Shown here piece by piece: positions 36,959 to 48,475 of a stretch of DNA of 64,000 bases. This stretch comes from Bacillota bacterium (GTDB lineage Bacteria; Bacillota; Limnochordia; Darwinibacteriales; Darwinibacteriaceae). Position 1 is the first letter of the stretch. Each line of letters opens with the position of its first letter. The stretch covers positions 23,312 to 87,311 of the forward strand of contig JAAYRO010000060.1 of assembly GCA_012518735.1 (NCBI GenBank), written 5' to 3'. The position numbers were made by a program, and so were the translations under genes. Under the pieces are notes generated by a model. That model was not told where the DNA came from. It worked only from the letters and a program-made list of their open reading frames with translations, and made no database searches.

Positions 36959-39213
36959 CTTTCTTCTAGAATAGAACTATCCACTAAGACTTCACGGGGC
37001 TTACTTCCTTGATAGGATCCTACAATCCCCCGTACTTCCATAACGTCAATGAGACGAGCAGCTCGACTGTATCCAATTCGAAAGCGCCTCTGCAGCATAG
37101 ATATGGATGCTTGTCCATTCTCAACGACTAATCGAATAGCGTCTTCTAACAGCTCATCCTCATCCTCTGCTTTGTCAACTAAACCCTGAGGCTCCTGTTC
37201 AGTAACTTCTTCATACTCTGGTTCACCCTGCCGTTTCCAGAAGTTCACGACCGATTCGATTTCTTGATCAGAAACCCAAGCGCCCTGTGCTCTATTTGGC
37301 TTCTGGGCACCAATTGGATAGTAGAGCATGTCTCCCTTCCCAATTAGGCGCTCCGCTCCTCCCATATCGAGAATGGTTCTGGAATCTACCTGACTGGATA
37401 CGGCAAATGATATTCTAGACGGCACATTGGCCTTAATTAATCCCGTAATTACATCTACAGAAGGCCGTTGGGTTGCAATAATTAAGTACATTCCTGCTGC
37501 CCTTGCCATTTGAGCCAGGCGGCAAATTGAGTCTTCTACTTCAGCAGCTGCTACCATCATAAGATCAGCTAATTCGTCAACTATAATGACAATAAAAGGC
37601 AAGCGCTCTCTTTGCTCACCCTCGTCTGTCTCGAGAGGCAGCTCCTCATACATATCAATATTGCGCACACCAACCTCGGCAAACAGCTTATAGCGCCGCT
37701 CCATTTCCCCGACGGCCCAGCGAAGAGCTACGGCAGCTTTCCTAGGATCGGTAACTACTGGCGAAATAAGGTGAGGCACACCGTCATAAACTGCCAACTC
37801 AACCCGCTTAGGATCGATCATCAGCAGCTTTACTTCGTCCGGATTCGCCCTAAACAATATGCTGACAATCATAGCATTTAAGCAGACACTTTTTCCAGAA
37901 CCTGTAGCGCCAGCCACCAACACATGAAGCCATTTTTTTAAGTCTGCAACAACTGGTTTTCCCGCAATGTCTTTTCCTAAAGCCAGAGCGACAGGTGAAG
38001 GATGCTCTACGAACTCAGGACTCTCAAGTACATCTCGAAGTAATACAGGTTCTGTCTCCTTATTCGGCACCTCAATACCTACAACAGGTTTACCTGGAAC
38101 AGGCGCTTCAATTCGCACATCGGCAGCTGCTAATGCGAGAGCCAAATCATCAGCCAATGCTGTAATACGGCTTACCTTAATGCCCGGTGCTGGCTGAAGC
38201 TCATAGCGGGTCACAACTGGTCCTTGAAATACGTTAACCACCTTCGCTGATATACCAAAACTTGCAAAGGTCTCTTCCAAAAGATCTTTTTGGAGACCTT
38301 CTGTTCTGCGGCCCTTTGTACTGCCCTTTTTCAGCAGATAGGTAGGGGGAATTGTGTACTCTGTTTCCCCTTCATCGCTCTTAATGTTTAGCTCCAATTG
38401 TTCACCATTTATAATAGGTTCGTCAGCAGTAGATGCTTTCTTAGCGGTCTTTCGCTGTTTTTTTCTGGCAGAAGCTTTATCCGCCGATGAACTTTTCTCA
38501 GGGGAAGGAGTCTCAGATTTCTGCTTGGTCTTCTCCTTCTCACCAGTTTGATACTGCTTTTCCTCCAATCGTCGAACCTTCCGTTCTTCATACCAATTCT
38601 GCACTTTAGCTTTTTCCGCGTTCACACCGTCAACGATGCCTCTTGCAGAACGGGTAAAAAATCCCATTATTCGCTGCCAAGCAGCTTTCAAAATAGCAGT
38701 AACCGAAATACCAAAATAAAAAATAAGACCAATTAGTACAATCGCTCCCACCATAACATAGGAACCAGGGATCCCGAAAGCGGTTAAAATGAACACCAAA
38801 CAGACAGCCCCAACAATACCAGCCCCCTCACCTCGCCTAGCGTACTCAATTTCTTCCATAAGTGAGGGTGGAAACTGATAACCCCGATAATAGATCAAAT
38901 GATAAATCGTTGCCACAGACAGCAGTAACAGACTAAATCCAATCGTCTTCCGGAGCGGTGGTGGCCAAGCAGTTCCCCTAAATACATTTATCGATAGAAA
39001 TAGGAGGGCAGTAGTAAAAACAACTGCTGTATCACCAAATAATGTGTGGAGAAGGTCTCGAATGCGAATACCTACAATACCAGCTGTGTCTACATACAAT
39101 GAAATTATAGCGAAAATTGAAAAAGCTAGAAGAAGAATGCCTATAACCTCGCGAGAACGGACCCCCCCTTTACCACGTTTCTGTGTGGATTTTGCTGCAT
39201 TCACCATGTTCAC
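36955..39213 (-). CDS. ftsK: DNA translocase FtsK/SpoIIIE
   Basis: 752 aa. N-terminal TM domain, low-complexity linker, C-terminal AAA motor (GATGSGKS) and gamma domain. Confidence 0.85.
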   Translation of the reverse strand: MNMVNAAKSTQKRGKGGVRSREVIGILLLAFSIFAIISLYVDTAGIVGIRIRDLLHTLFGDTAVVFTTALLFLSINVFRGTAWPPPLRKTIGFSLLLLSVATIYHLIYYRGYQFPPSLMEEIEYARRGEGAGIVGAVCLVFILTAFGIPGSYVMVGAIVLIGLIFYFGISVTAILKAAWQRIMGFFTRSARGIVDGVNAEKAKVQNWYEERKVRRLEEKQYQTGEKEKTKQKSETPSPEKSSSADKASARKKQRKTAKKASTADEPIINGEQLELNIKSDEGETEYTIPPTYLLKKGSTKGRRTEGLQKDLLEETFASFGISAKVVNVFQGPVVTRYELQPAPGIKVSRITALADDLALALAAADVRIEAPVPGKPVVGIEVPNKETEPVLLRDVLESPEFVEHPSPVALALGKDIAGKPVVADLKKWLHVLVAGATGSGKSVCLNAMIVSILFRANPDEVKLLMIDPKRVELAVYDGVPHLISPVVTDPRKAAVALRWAVGEMERRYKLFAEVGVRNIDMYEELPLETDEGEQRERLPFIVIIVDELADLMMVAAAEVEDSICRLAQMARAAGMYLIIATQRPSVDVITGLIKANVPSRISFAVSSQVDSRTILDMGGAERLIGKGDMLYYPIGAQKPNRAQGAWVSDQEIESVVNFWKRQGEPEYEEVTEQEPQGLVDKAEDEDELLEDAIRLVVENGQASISMLQRRFRIGYSRAARLIDVMEVRGIVGSYQGSKPREVLVDSSILEER

Positions 39214-39253
39214 CTCTTACCCTGCATGTTCTACATTCTGCCATAAATACCTT

Positions 39254-39964
39254 TCAATCCAGTCCTATCAACGCGGCCATTCGATTGTGTGTCTTTTCCC
39301 TTCTATATGAAAAGAACTCGTGGGAACAACACGTACACACATCAGCCAGATGAATGTTTTTCTTGGAAATTCCAGCTGAAGTCAATTGAATGAAGTTTTC
39401 ATGCCATAGATCTAGTTGATATTTAAAAGGTTCTGAACTGGAAGTTATACTCCTCGGAAAGAATTCTGCCACATCTTGGGAAACTGTGAAGCAGCAGGGG
39501 CCAATACTAGGACCGATACCGACCTCAATATGGTCAGGATTGCTGTGAAAGCTTTCTACTAAGGAACGAACCATATGTACACCGATTTGTTTTTTGGTTC
39601 CCCGCCAACCTGCATGTGCAGTCCCAACTACTCTAGCCACAGGATCTACAAATAATAAGGGGACACAGTCAGCGTAAAACGAAGCCAGCATCAAACCTTG
39701 AATAGATGTATACAAACCATCCGTTCCCTCATATCGTTCCGGATAGGTCTCATAAACCTGCACTATACGGTTACCATGAACCTGCTGCCCTGTAACCCAA
39801 GGCAGAGGAAAAGAAAATGTTTCAGAGAAATTCAGCCGCCGGTCAAAAGAATCAACTAAGTTACCAGAAGAGCACGTACTAAAACCGTGCCGCAACCAGG
39901 TCCAATCACGCCACTTTCGCACCTGCCACAGTACTTGTCCATTCTGCTGTATTTTTACCCACAT
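39254..39964 (-). CDS. pgeF: Peptidoglycan editing factor PgeF (YfiH/DUF152 laccase-domain protein)
   Basis: 236 aa with HAGWRGT motif. Confidence 0.75.
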   Translation of the reverse strand: MWVKIQQNGQVLWQVRKWRDWTWLRHGFSTCSSGNLVDSFDRRLNFSETFSFPLPWVTGQQVHGNRIVQVYETYPERYEGTDGLYTSIQGLMLASFYADCVPLLFVDPVARVVGTAHAGWRGTKKQIGVHMVRSLVESFHSNPDHIEVGIGPSIGPCCFTVSQDVAEFFPRSITSSSEPFKYQLDLWHENFIQLTSAGISKKNIHLADVCTCCSHEFFSYRREKTHNRMAALIGLD

Positions 39965-40422
39965 CAGTTATCGGCCTTCCGCATCTGTTCAAGTTCCTCC
40001 ATGAATCGCTCAATGTCCGTAAACTGCCGGTAAACAGAGGCAAACCGCACATAGGCTACTTCATCAAGCATTCGAAGCTTGTCCATTACTAACTCACCAA
40101 TCGCCTCCGACGATATTTCACGATCAAGCCCAGAACGAACATCCCGTTCAATTTCATCTACCAAACTATCGATTGTCTGCAGCGAAATGGGGCGCTTCTC
40201 ACAAGCCCTTAAAATACCATTGAGGATTTTGGTGCGAGTAAAAGGCTCCCTACGACCATCTTTCTTTATCACCATAAATGGTACTTCATCTAAACGTTCA
40301 TAAGTAGTAAATCGCTTGTGACATGCCATACACTCTCTTCTTCGCCTAATGGATGCACCCTCCTCCGTCTGTCGAGAATCTAATACTTTACTGTCCAGAT
40401 GTAAGCAAAAAGGACACCGCAT
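39964..40422 (-). CDS. nrdR: Transcriptional repressor NrdR
   Basis: 152 aa. N-terminal zinc ribbon MRCPFCLHLDSKVLDSR...C..C and ATP-cone domain. Confidence 0.9.
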   Translation of the reverse strand: MRCPFCLHLDSKVLDSRQTEEGASIRRRRECMACHKRFTTYERLDEVPFMVIKKDGRREPFTRTKILNGILRACEKRPISLQTIDSLVDEIERDVRSGLDREISSEAIGELVMDKLRMLDEVAYVRFASVYRQFTDIERFMEELEQMRKADN

Positions 40423-40459
40423 ACTCTACCCCTCCTGATGACATTATACCCCAAAACCA

Positions 40460-40708
40460 CTACCGATGCCATGTCCTGTTTTTCACTAATACTACATCTA
40501 CTCCAACAGTAATAACATCCTTCCATGGAATCTCAATATCATCCCTGCGGGTAAACCAGAAGAAGCGATTTACAGGTCGATCAACAATGAGTGCACGAAT
40601 CTTACCAGTTTGCGGATCCATGTCCACATCACATACATTTCCTAAGTAACGACCTTCGTCTATATTGATCACATCAAGATGTCTCAAGTCTGATGTCTTA
40701 ATAAACAC
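40460..40708 (-). CDS. YlmC/YmxH family sporulation protein (PRC-barrel)
   Basis: 82 aa, typical YlmC/YmxH sequence. Confidence 0.7.
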   Translation of the reverse strand: MFIKTSDLRHLDVINIDEGRYLGNVCDVDMDPQTGKIRALIVDRPVNRFFWFTRRDDIEIPWKDVITVGVDVVLVKNRTWHR

Positions 40709-40754
40709 TGGCCCATCCTCCTGACTGTCTCCTTACAAATATATGCCATTCGTT

Positions 40755-40782
40755 GAAAAAAGAAACGGCCTTGCGGCCGTTA
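40755..40782 (-). terminator. Rho-independent terminator downstream of spoIIR
   Basis: aacggcc-ttgc-ggccgtt hairpin with T-run on the minus strand. Overlaps the spoIIR stop codon. Confidence 0.5.
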
Positions 40783-41475
40783 ATTTGATGTTCGAGGATG
40801 AGTAGCTGCTGCTGATGCCTGCCACCACTTCTGAATTCGTTTAGCATATTGACTGTCTAACAGTTGATCCCACAATTTGATTCGAAAGGCTATCCCTGAA
40901 GCCTCCTTATCTGTATTGACTTTTGCTAAAGGTTCAGCTGATGTATTCCCGTCAAGTCCAGCGAAACACAAGGGTGGGAACAATACACACCACCAATTAT
41001 CACCCGCGCCTGCCCCAATTTCTACCTTTAGAGCGTCGTATCCACCCTGCGGAAGAACTAGGGTACCGTACACTCTTTCAGGGAATTGAAAGTGCCCTAC
41101 CATAAGTGTTACAGGATAGTCGTATCCCGCTTCTTCAATTACGTTTTGGGCTGCTTTTTCGATTCTGTGCCGATTATGAACAATCAGCACTTGAGCTTCT
41201 TCTTTGGTTTGAGCTTCTGCGAATATGTCCTTTGTCTCTGCCAACACTGCATCTCGAACCAGCAGTTTGAGATCTTGATCCCCTGGTGAATTACTGTTTG
41301 CTAACACATGAAGTCGAATTAAGTTCTCCTTAGCAAATGCAGTGTCAGCAGAAAACTGAGAAAGAACTCCGTAGAGGAAAAATCCAATTACTGCTCCTGC
41401 AAGTATTAGGCAAAAAACTACAATCAGACGCACACGCAAGACTCGAGTATCCACTCCTCTTCCCCCCATTCTCAA
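40780..41475 (-). CDS. spoIIR: Stage II sporulation protein R
   Basis: 231 aa. Signal/TM N-terminus and LIRLHVLANSNSP motif characteristic of SpoIIR. Confidence 0.7.
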   Translation of the reverse strand: MRMGGRGVDTRVLRVRLIVVFCLILAGAVIGFFLYGVLSQFSADTAFAKENLIRLHVLANSNSPGDQDLKLLVRDAVLAETKDIFAEAQTKEEAQVLIVHNRHRIEKAAQNVIEEAGYDYPVTLMVGHFQFPERVYGTLVLPQGGYDALKVEIGAGAGDNWWCVLFPPLCFAGLDGNTSAEPLAKVNTDKEASGIAFRIKLWDQLLDSQYAKRIQKWWQASAAATHPRTSN

Positions 41476-42245
41476 GTGGCCATGTATTTTCGCAGATGCC
41501 GTAAAGCGGCTTTCTCTAAACGAGAAACCTGTGCTTGAGAAATCCCTATCTCATCAGCCACTTCCATCTGAGTGCGCCCTTCATAAAACCGCATAGTTAA
41601 AATAAGTCGTTCCCGTTCTCCCAAATGGGTCATGCCTTCTTTAATACTAACCCCTTCTATCCAATCGCCATCTGTATTTTTGTCGTCACTAATTTGATCA
41701 AGAACGAAGATGGGGTCTCCACCATCATTGTAGATTGGCTCAAACAGTGAAATAGGATCTTGAATAGCATCAAGAGCAAAAACAATATCTTCTCTAGGGA
41801 TCTGCAGCTCTTCTGCAATTTGACTAATAGTCGGTTCCTTTGAATATCTATTCGCCAAACTGTCACGAGCCTGAAGAGCTTTGTAAGCAGTATCTCTCAG
41901 GGAACGGCTGACACGGATTGGATTATTGTCTCTCAAGTAACGCCTGATTTCACCAATAATCATAGGAACAGCGTATGTAGAGAACTTTACATTCTGACTT
42001 AGGTCAAAGTTATCTATAGCCTTCATCAGTCCGATACATCCAACTTGGAAAAGGTCATCGACTAGTTCTCCCCGATTGTTAAACCGCTGAATTACACTTA
42101 ATACTAATCGCAGATTTCCCTGTACCATTTCCTCACGGGCGCTCAAATCACCCTGTTTTGTTCTGGCCAAGAGTTCCTTCATCTTTTTATTTGGCAGCAC
42201 AGGCAGTTTAGCAGTGTTTACACCACAAATTTCAACCTTGTTCAC
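41472..42245 (-). CDS. sigG: RNA polymerase sporulation sigma factor sigma-G
   Basis: N-terminal VNKVEICGVNTAKLPVL (matches SigG), sigma-70 regions 2-4. GTG start with G-rich RBS; the track ORF is N-terminally extended. Confidence 0.85.
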   Translation of the reverse strand: MNKVEICGVNTAKLPVLPNKKMKELLARTKQGDLSAREEMVQGNLRLVLSVIQRFNNRGELVDDLFQVGCIGLMKAIDNFDLSQNVKFSTYAVPMIIGEIRRYLRDNNPIRVSRSLRDTAYKALQARDSLANRYSKEPTISQIAEELQIPREDIVFALDAIQDPISLFEPIYNDGGDPIFVLDQISDDKNTDGDWIEGVSIKEGMTHLGERERLILTMRFYEGRTQMEVADEIGISQAQVSRLEKAALRHLRKYMAT

Positions 42246-42407
42246 AACTATCCCCCCCAAGATACCAACTACAGTTCTCAGTATTGCCACCTTTGGGCAG
42301 ATCTATTCCATCCTGTGAATCATCATAATTTTCTAGAATCAAAGAAGGATTTCGACCCTTATTCCCGTAATATCATGAAATGAATGCATAAGAGAGGGAG
42401 GAAACCC

Positions 42408-43403
42408 GTGCCTGAATATACTTTGTATGTGGACGTTTGGTTACTGCGCCTCAGTGCGAATTTTGCATTCGAATACCTTCTTCTTTGGGCCACAGCTGCT
42501 GTAACACGTACTCCCACCAGTTCCAAACGCCTTGCTGCAGCCTCACTTGTTGGCACATTGCACTATCTTCTTTACTTACTGGCGAGCTTACAGATAATCC
42601 CGTTTTATGGGCTGCTGCGGTTTATTCCTGTCGTTGTTATTGTATCCATCCTTATGATTCTGATTACATTCTATCCCCTGGCGAAACAGCGTATTCTTTC
42701 TATTCTGGGACACTTCTATGTCATTGGTTTTGTGGCTGCAGGCGCTGGCATAGGTGGAGCGTATCTGCTTGGTGATTTTACCGCGCCCCGTTTTCCCTTC
42801 GGGATCCTGATCTCAATTGTCACAATTCTAATCATTGCAGAGCTTGGCTGGGGCGTGATTCACCAACGAATCATCCACAGCGTCTACCAGCTGCCCCTAG
42901 AGATCACCTGTGGCGAAAAATCAGTGATGATTCGTGCTCTAATCGACACTGGAAACAATCTCCGCGATCCACTAAGCCGACAACCTGTAATTATTGTAGA
43001 ACACGAAGCCGTTGCCTCACTGATTCCCCAGACTATTGTAAAAGCGGTTCGCTCTTTAGAAAATGGTGACCTCACATCCATCGACCGCATCGTTGAAGAG
43101 CAAGAATGGGCTGCTCGTCTGCGCATTATTCCCTTTAGCTCCATCGGAAAGGAGAATGGCCTTCTAATTGGTTTTCGCCCCGATCGAGTCCGTTTTGTCA
43201 ATGAGGCCAGTGGTGATCTAGATGTGCAGCCAATCATTGCCCTCCATCCCCGTATATTGGATCCAGAAGGTGAATACGAAGCTCTAGTACCCCCCACCGT
43301 TCTGCAAGAAGCAGTTGCTTTGCCGAAAAACGTCGACCAAGAACAGATCACCGTTTCAGAAGGAGGGCAGTCACATGCAGCGTCTTCCAATCCAAAAGTT
43401 TAA
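42408..43403 (+). CDS. spoIIGA: Sigma-E processing peptidase SpoIIGA
   Basis: Roughly 331 aa. N-terminal multi-TM domain and C-terminal aspartic protease domain with LIDTGN motif. GTG start after agggagg RBS. Confidence 0.7.
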   Translation: MPEYTLYVDVWLLRLSANFAFEYLLLWATAAVTRTPTSSKRLAAASLVGTLHYLLYLLASLQIIPFYGLLRFIPVVVIVSILMILITFYPLAKQRILSILGHFYVIGFVAAGAGIGGAYLLGDFTAPRFPFGILISIVTILIIAELGWGVIHQRIIHSVYQLPLEITCGEKSVMIRALIDTGNNLRDPLSRQPVIIVEHEAVASLIPQTIVKAVRSLENGDLTSIDRIVEEQEWAARLRIIPFSSIGKENGLLIGFRPDRVRFVNEASGDLDVQPIIALHPRILDPEGEYEALVPPTVLQEAVALPKNVDQEQITVSEGGQSHAASSNPKV

Positions 43404-44103
43404 AATCAAGCTTCGACTACGATTGATTGCAGTCTTTCATCGTATAGGTCTGATTCCTAAGATCCACTACGTAGGGAGCAGCGAAGTCCTGCCGCCTCCC
43501 CTTACGAGCGAAGAAGAAAGAGAGCTTCTGATTCGGCTTCAAGCCGGTGATAAATCTGTTAAGAATCCCCTCATCGAACGCAACTTGCGGCTGGTAGTTT
43601 ATATTGCCCGTAAGTTTGAAAACACAGGAATTCTCATTGAAGATTTAGTCTCCATAGGCACCATAGGTCTAATCAAAGCCGTTAATACATTTGATCCCTC
43701 TAAGAACATAAAACTGGCCACTTATGCGTCACGCTGCATTGAAAACGAGATTTTAATGTACCTCCGACGAACAAGTAAACTCAAGGCTGAAGTGTCCTTT
43801 GATGAACCCCTCAACACTGATTGGGATGGAAATGAACTTGTCCTTGCCGATGTGGTGGGCAGCGAAAGTGATGTAGTAAAGTACATTGAAGAAGAGGTGG
43901 ATAAGGCCCTGTTAGCCACGGCCCTACAGCGGCTTACAGGACGAGAGAAGAAAATAATGGAGCTGCGTTTTGGACTCAACACCGAACAGGAGAGAACTCA
44001 ACGGGAAGTAGCAGATATGCTGGGAATTTCTCAATCTTATATTTCTCGCCTAGAAAAGAAGATTCTCAAGAAACTCCGGAAAGAAATTAAAAAAATGGAA
44101 TAA
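43375..44103 (+). CDS. sigE: RNA polymerase sporulation sigma factor sigma-E (pro-sigma-E)
   Basis: Pro-sequence [17 protein letters not shown]..., conserved [12 protein letters not shown] processing region, [15 protein letters not shown] and sigma-70 regions 2-4. RBS gaaggaggg. Overlaps the spoIIGA 3' end. Confidence 0.9.
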   Translation: MQRLPIQKFKIKLRLRLIAVFHRIGLIPKIHYVGSSEVLPPPLTSEEERELLIRLQAGDKSVKNPLIERNLRLVVYIARKFENTGILIEDLVSIGTIGLIKAVNTFDPSKNIKLATYASRCIENEILMYLRRTSKLKAEVSFDEPLNTDWDGNELVLADVVGSESDVVKYIEEEVDKALLATALQRLTGREKKIMELRFGLNTEQERTQREVADMLGISQSYISRLEKKILKKLRKEIKKME

Positions 44104-44134
44104 AAAAAGGCCAGAACTGAACTTCTGGCCTTTC
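44102..44134. terminator. Bidirectional rho-independent terminator shared by sigE (+) and ftsZ (-)
   Basis: ggccagaa-ctgaac-ttctggcc hairpin flanked by A7 and TTTC. Confidence 0.6.
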
Positions 44135-44150
44135 ATAAATCCTTGAAAAT

Positions 44151-45200
44151 TTACTTCCGCCGCAAAAACGCTGGAATATCTAATTCATCGTCTCCAAATG
44201 GTCGAATATCTAATTCCTTACTGATCTTAAAGTCTTCACGTGGTTTCGCATCGTCAAAACCAGTGGCAATGACTGTTACGCGCAGCTCATCCTGAAGGCT
44301 GTCATCAATAACAGCTCCGAAGATAATATTTGCCTCTGGATCAGCAGCCTCTGCAACTGTTTCAGCCGCTTCATTGACCTCAAATAGACCTAGATTCGAA
44401 CTCCCGGTTAGACTCAACAGAATGCCTTTAGCCCCTTCTATAGACGCTTCCAATAATGGGCTGGAAATGGCTTGCTGAGCAGCCTTTACCGCCCGATCCT
44501 CACCAGTTGCTTGTCCAATTCCCATCAAAGCTGAACCAGCACTTGTCATAATAGTACGAACATCAGCAAAGTCGAGATTAATGAGACCTGGAACGGTAAT
44601 TAAGTCGGAAATCCCTTGGACACCCTGCCGCAGCACATCATCGGCAATCTGAAATGCTTCCAGGATAGACGTGCGTTTTTCAGCGACTTGGAGCAGGCGA
44701 TCATTAGGAATAATGATTAATGTATCGACTTTAGACTTAAGCTTCTCAATACCTTTTTCCGCCTGTGCTTGTCGTCGTCGCCCTTCAAATGAGAATGGTT
44801 TCGTAACAACTCCCACCGTTAACGCATCAACTTCTTTAGCGACTTCAGCCACAACAGGAGCAGCACCAGTTCCAGTACCTCCACCCATCCCTGCGGTGAT
44901 AAATACCATGTCCGCGCCTTCTAATGCTTGACGAATTTCTTCCTTAGATTCTTCTGCAGAACGCTGACCAATCTCAGGATTAGATCCTGCTCCTAACCCT
45001 TTCGTTAGCTTCTGACCAATTTGTATCTTCAAATTCGCTTCCGACATTTGCAGAGCTTGAGCATCTGTGTTTAAAGCAATAAACTGGACTCCCTGTAGGT
45101 CAGCTGCAATCATTCGATTTACTGCATTACTGCCGCCTCCCCCACAGCCAATCACCTTTATGTCCGCAAACTGCACATTTTCTAGATCAAATTCGAACAT
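44151..45200 (-). CDS. ftsZ: Cell division protein FtsZ
   Basis: 349 aa, GGGTGTG tubulin signature. Confidence 0.95.
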   Translation of the reverse strand: MFEFDLENVQFADIKVIGCGGGGSNAVNRMIAADLQGVQFIALNTDAQALQMSEANLKIQIGQKLTKGLGAGSNPEIGQRSAEESKEEIRQALEGADMVFITAGMGGGTGTGAAPVVAEVAKEVDALTVGVVTKPFSFEGRRRQAQAEKGIEKLKSKVDTLIIIPNDRLLQVAEKRTSILEAFQIADDVLRQGVQGISDLITVPGLINLDFADVRTIMTSAGSALMGIGQATGEDRAVKAAQQAISSPLLEASIEGAKGILLSLTGSSNLGLFEVNEAAETVAEAADPEANIIFGAVIDDSLQDELRVTVIATGFDDAKPREDFKISKELDIRPFGDDELDIPAFLRRK

Positions 45201-45289
45201 GGGATCCCCCTTCTTCGCACATCAAATTCCTAAAGCACAACATTCCACATTCAATCCGAATTTCCCTCTAATCTAAGGAAAAAGAAAAA

Positions 45290-46018
45290 CTATCTAGTAG
45301 TAACGACCGGACTCTTTGGAATCCGTAAGTCTATCCTGACTGGTGTAACGCCTTGTACAGTCAGATCCTCCAGGATTAATTTTAGTAAAGCAAACTTCTC
45401 ATCCAAATCGGTCTGGTCACCAATAACAATCTGAGTACCCTCTCTGCTGACAAAGGAAGCAGTTTTTACATTCCATTCAGAAACATAATCTTCCAGCCAA
45501 GATGGTATGGACCTCAACAGCCGGGCCGTGGTTTTCAACTGCTCCGCCGAGTCTATATCTATATCAGTTACTAACGGAAGGGTATAGATGGCAATCCCTC
45601 TTGGAGGAGGTAACAGATTTCCCTCTGGGTCGAGTAAAAACCATCCTCCCATTATAGGAATCATTGCCAGCGGCTTTCGCTCCAAAACAGTCACTTGTAC
45701 TCGATTAGGCCATCTCCACCGTATCTTAACCTCATCTACCCAAGGATGCTTCTTAATATGTTTTGCAAGATTGCCGGTATCCAAACGCAGCACATTAATG
45801 GGTGAGAAATCAACAAATGCATCTAACTCCTCCTCATCTAGGAAAACGAGGCCTGTCCACTCTAGATGGTCCGTTTCAAACAGTGGAGAGTTAAAAAAGA
45901 CATAGGCGGCGATCACTAATAAAAGTACAAGGAAATAAAAGGCACTTTTACTTGTGGAAACAGGTTCACTCACCACATCACCTTCCTCCCCATCTAAGAA
46001 CGGAAACTGGAAGAGCAT
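45290..46018 (-). CDS. Cell division protein FtsQ/DivIB (POTRA domain)
   Basis: 242 aa. N-terminal TM, then POTRA-like region. Sits between murA and ftsZ in the dcw cluster. Confidence 0.6.
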   Translation of the reverse strand: MLFQFPFLDGEEGDVVSEPVSTSKSAFYFLVLLLVIAAYVFFNSPLFETDHLEWTGLVFLDEEELDAFVDFSPINVLRLDTGNLAKHIKKHPWVDEVKIRWRWPNRVQVTVLERKPLAMIPIMGGWFLLDPEGNLLPPPRGIAIYTLPLVTDIDIDSAEQLKTTARLLRSIPSWLEDYVSEWNVKTASFVSREGTQIVIGDQTDLDEKFALLKLILEDLTVQGVTPVRIDLRIPKSPVVTTR

Positions 46019-47276
46019 CTTCCCTCCTCTCCTCCATTCGAGAGATCTTGGCTCCTAACTGACGTAAACGCATCTCAATACACTCATAACCACGATCTAT
46101 ATGTTCAACACCTAGAACTGTGGTTTCCCCTCTGGCAGCTAAAGCAGCAATGACCAGTGCAGCACCAGCCCTTAAGTCACCTGCTTCCACTTGGGCCGCT
46201 TTAAGAGGAGTATGACCAACGACCGCTGCTTGACGCCCATCCACTTTAATCTGAGCACCCATCTTCTTGAGCTCACTAGTATAACCAAAGCGGCGATCAT
46301 ATACTGATTCATGAATAATACTAACTCCTGCTGCCTGAGTTGCAAGAACAACAAACTGGGGCTGGAGATCTGTAGGAAATCCTGGATAGGGAGCAGTCTC
46401 AACATGCTGTGACCTCAACTTGTTAGTTGTCCAAACCGTCAAGCCATCCTCGTTTCTGTAAACCTCAACACCCATTGCCTCTAATACAGTCAGCAGTGCT
46501 TCTAGATGCTCTGGAACTACATTTTCCAAAGTTACTTGACCACCTGTGGCAGCAGCTGCCAGCAGATAGGTTCCAGCTTCGATCCGATCCGGGATAACCT
46601 TGTAATCAGCTGAGCCCAAATCAGATACACCTTCAATTCTGATTACAGGACTGCCGGCCCCTTGTACTTTAGCACCCATTGCATTGAGAAACTGTTGTAT
46701 ATCAATGATCTCTGGCTCTTGAGCAGCATTGCGAATGACTGTTTCCCCTTTAGCCAGCACTGCTGCCATCATTAAGTTCTCCGTCGCGCCAACGCTGGGA
46801 TAGCGGAGTGTAATATCTGTTCCATATAAACACTCTGCAGAAGCAGCTATTCGCTGTCCGGTCACTTCAATTCTGGCACCAAGCTTGATCAAATTATCTA
46901 GGTGAAGATCGAGGGGACGAGTACCAATAGCACATCCACCAGGTAGGGCCACCTCTACCCATCCTAATCTGGCCAGAAGAGGACCCATGACCTGAATCGA
47001 CGCCCTCATGGACTTGGCCAACTCTTCCGGAACCCGTCCCTGCAGAACGCCTACTTGAAGTCGCAGTTCATTGTCTACTAGGCAGGTCTGGACACCTAAC
47101 GCCTCTAAAACCCCACACATAGTACGAACATCAGTGATTGCCGGTACATCACTAATGGTGAATGTGCCTTGTCCCAGCATAGCCCCAACCATGAGCTTTA
47201 AAGCCGAATTCTTGGCTCCGTTAATCCGGATAGCACCTTTAAGACGATGCCCTCCCTCGACCACCAATTTCGACAT
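45978..47276 (-). CDS. murA: UDP-N-acetylglucosamine 1-carboxyvinyltransferase
   Basis: MSKLVVEGGHRLKGAIRINGAKNSALKLM... EPSP-synthase fold with the active-site Cys region. Internal Met start chosen. Confidence 0.9.
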   Translation of the reverse strand: MSKLVVEGGHRLKGAIRINGAKNSALKLMVGAMLGQGTFTISDVPAITDVRTMCGVLEALGVQTCLVDNELRLQVGVLQGRVPEELAKSMRASIQVMGPLLARLGWVEVALPGGCAIGTRPLDLHLDNLIKLGARIEVTGQRIAASAECLYGTDITLRYPSVGATENLMMAAVLAKGETVIRNAAQEPEIIDIQQFLNAMGAKVQGAGSPVIRIEGVSDLGSADYKVIPDRIEAGTYLLAAAATGGQVTLENVVPEHLEALLTVLEAMGVEVYRNEDGLTVWTTNKLRSQHVETAPYPGFPTDLQPQFVVLATQAAGVSIIHESVYDRRFGYTSELKKMGAQIKVDGRQAAVVGHTPLKAAQVEAGDLRAGAALVIAALAARGETTVLGVEHIDRGYECIEMRLRQLGAKISRMEERREDALPVSVLRWGGR

Positions 47277-47348
47277 ATGATCACCTCTACCCTGATTCAG
47301 TCCGTACATTGTATGCAGGGAGAGATGATTGGTGAAAATGGAGCCCTA

Positions 47349-48443
47349 TCAATCCTTACACTGGCGAGAAATGTTGAGCAAAACCCCAACACTCGCTAAA
47401 CTCATGAGAAGTGACGAACCTCCATGACTAATAAAGGGAAGTGGAATCCCTGTTACTGGCAGTGAACCAGTAACCACACCAATATTAAGCATAGCTTGAA
47501 AAGCGATCATAGATGTAATTCCAATAGCTAGTAAAGTCCCATAAAGATCAGGTGCCCTTAAAGCGATTCTCAACCCACGCCACGCAATAATGAAAAACAG
47601 AGTAATTACAACAAATCCGCCTAAGAAGCCTAATTCTTCGCATAAGATGGCGAATATGAAGTCGGTGTGATGCTCTGGTAAATAGGAAAACTTCTGTCTG
47701 CTTTTTCCCAGACCTACCCCGAATATTCCTCCAGACCCGATAGCCAACAGCGACTGGATAATATTCCATCCCGTATCAGTAGGATCAGCCCAAGGATCTA
47801 TAAAAGCAAAGAAACGTTTCATTCGATATTCCTTCAGCATCATAAGTTTCCAGAGTATTGGCGCAGCAGAAATACCTAAGAAAATCAATTGTCCAATATG
47901 AGCCCCACCTGCAAACAACACCACAATTACTGTAAAGGCTAAGGCGACGCCCGTACCGAAATCCGGTTCAAGCATGATTAAGACAAATTGTCCTGCCAAT
48001 AACAGTAAGACAGGTAAAAGACCAGTGAAGAATCGCCGAACCCGCTCTCGCTTTACTGAGATATATACAGCTACATAGTTTACCATAGCAATTTTTGCAA
48101 GTTCTGATGGTTGAAGATTAAAGGATCCGACTCGTATCCATCTTGTCGCGCCTCCTATATCCTGACCAACAAAGATGACTGCAGCTAACAAAGCGAACGA
48201 AATGATTAAGCCAGGCAGAGCCAGAGGCTTAAAAATATGGTAGTCGACTTTCATTAATACAAATAGAGCAATTAAACCGATCACAGCCAACAGACTTTGA
48301 CGCCGTACATAATGATAGGGATCACCATGTTCTGAAAGACCCATGACCGAGGAAGCACTGAATACCATTACTAGACCAATACTCAAGAGAATAATAACCG
48401 CACCAAACACGAAGATATCCGGTTTTCCGCTTCTAGTGAACAA
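47349..48443 (-). CDS. SEDS-family peptidoglycan glycosyltransferase FtsW/SpoVE
   Basis: 10-TM SEDS protein. TTG start with gggggcgagagg RBS chosen; the longer track ORF would overlap mraY. Confidence 0.8.
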   Translation of the reverse strand: MFTRSGKPDIFVFGAVIILLSIGLVMVFSASSVMGLSEHGDPYHYVRRQSLLAVIGLIALFVLMKVDYHIFKPLALPGLIISFALLAAVIFVGQDIGGATRWIRVGSFNLQPSELAKIAMVNYVAVYISVKRERVRRFFTGLLPVLLLLAGQFVLIMLEPDFGTGVALAFTVIVVLFAGGAHIGQLIFLGISAAPILWKLMMLKEYRMKRFFAFIDPWADPTDTGWNIIQSLLAIGSGGIFGVGLGKSRQKFSYLPEHHTDFIFAILCEELGFLGGFVVITLFFIIAWRGLRIALRAPDLYGTLLAIGITSMIAFQAMLNIGVVTGSLPVTGIPLPFISHGGSSLLMSLASVGVLLNISRQCKD

Positions 48444-48475
48444 ACCTCTCGCCCCCTTCCCTAATCTATATTCGG

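Noticed and set aside
37612-38736. Several 60-90 aa plus-strand ORFs with low-complexity, Ser/Arg-rich translations
   Set aside because: They are antisense to the ftsK/spoIIIE linker and motor region. The compositional bias mirrors the sense-strand low-complexity linker.
42359-42556. 65-aa minus-strand ORF and the ATG at 42384 as spoIIGA start
   Set aside because: The ATG at 42384 sits inside the agggagg RBS. The GTG at 42408 has proper spacing and aligns with the hydrophobic SpoIIGA N-terminus. The minus-strand ORF overlaps the divergent promoter region and the spoIIGA 5' end.
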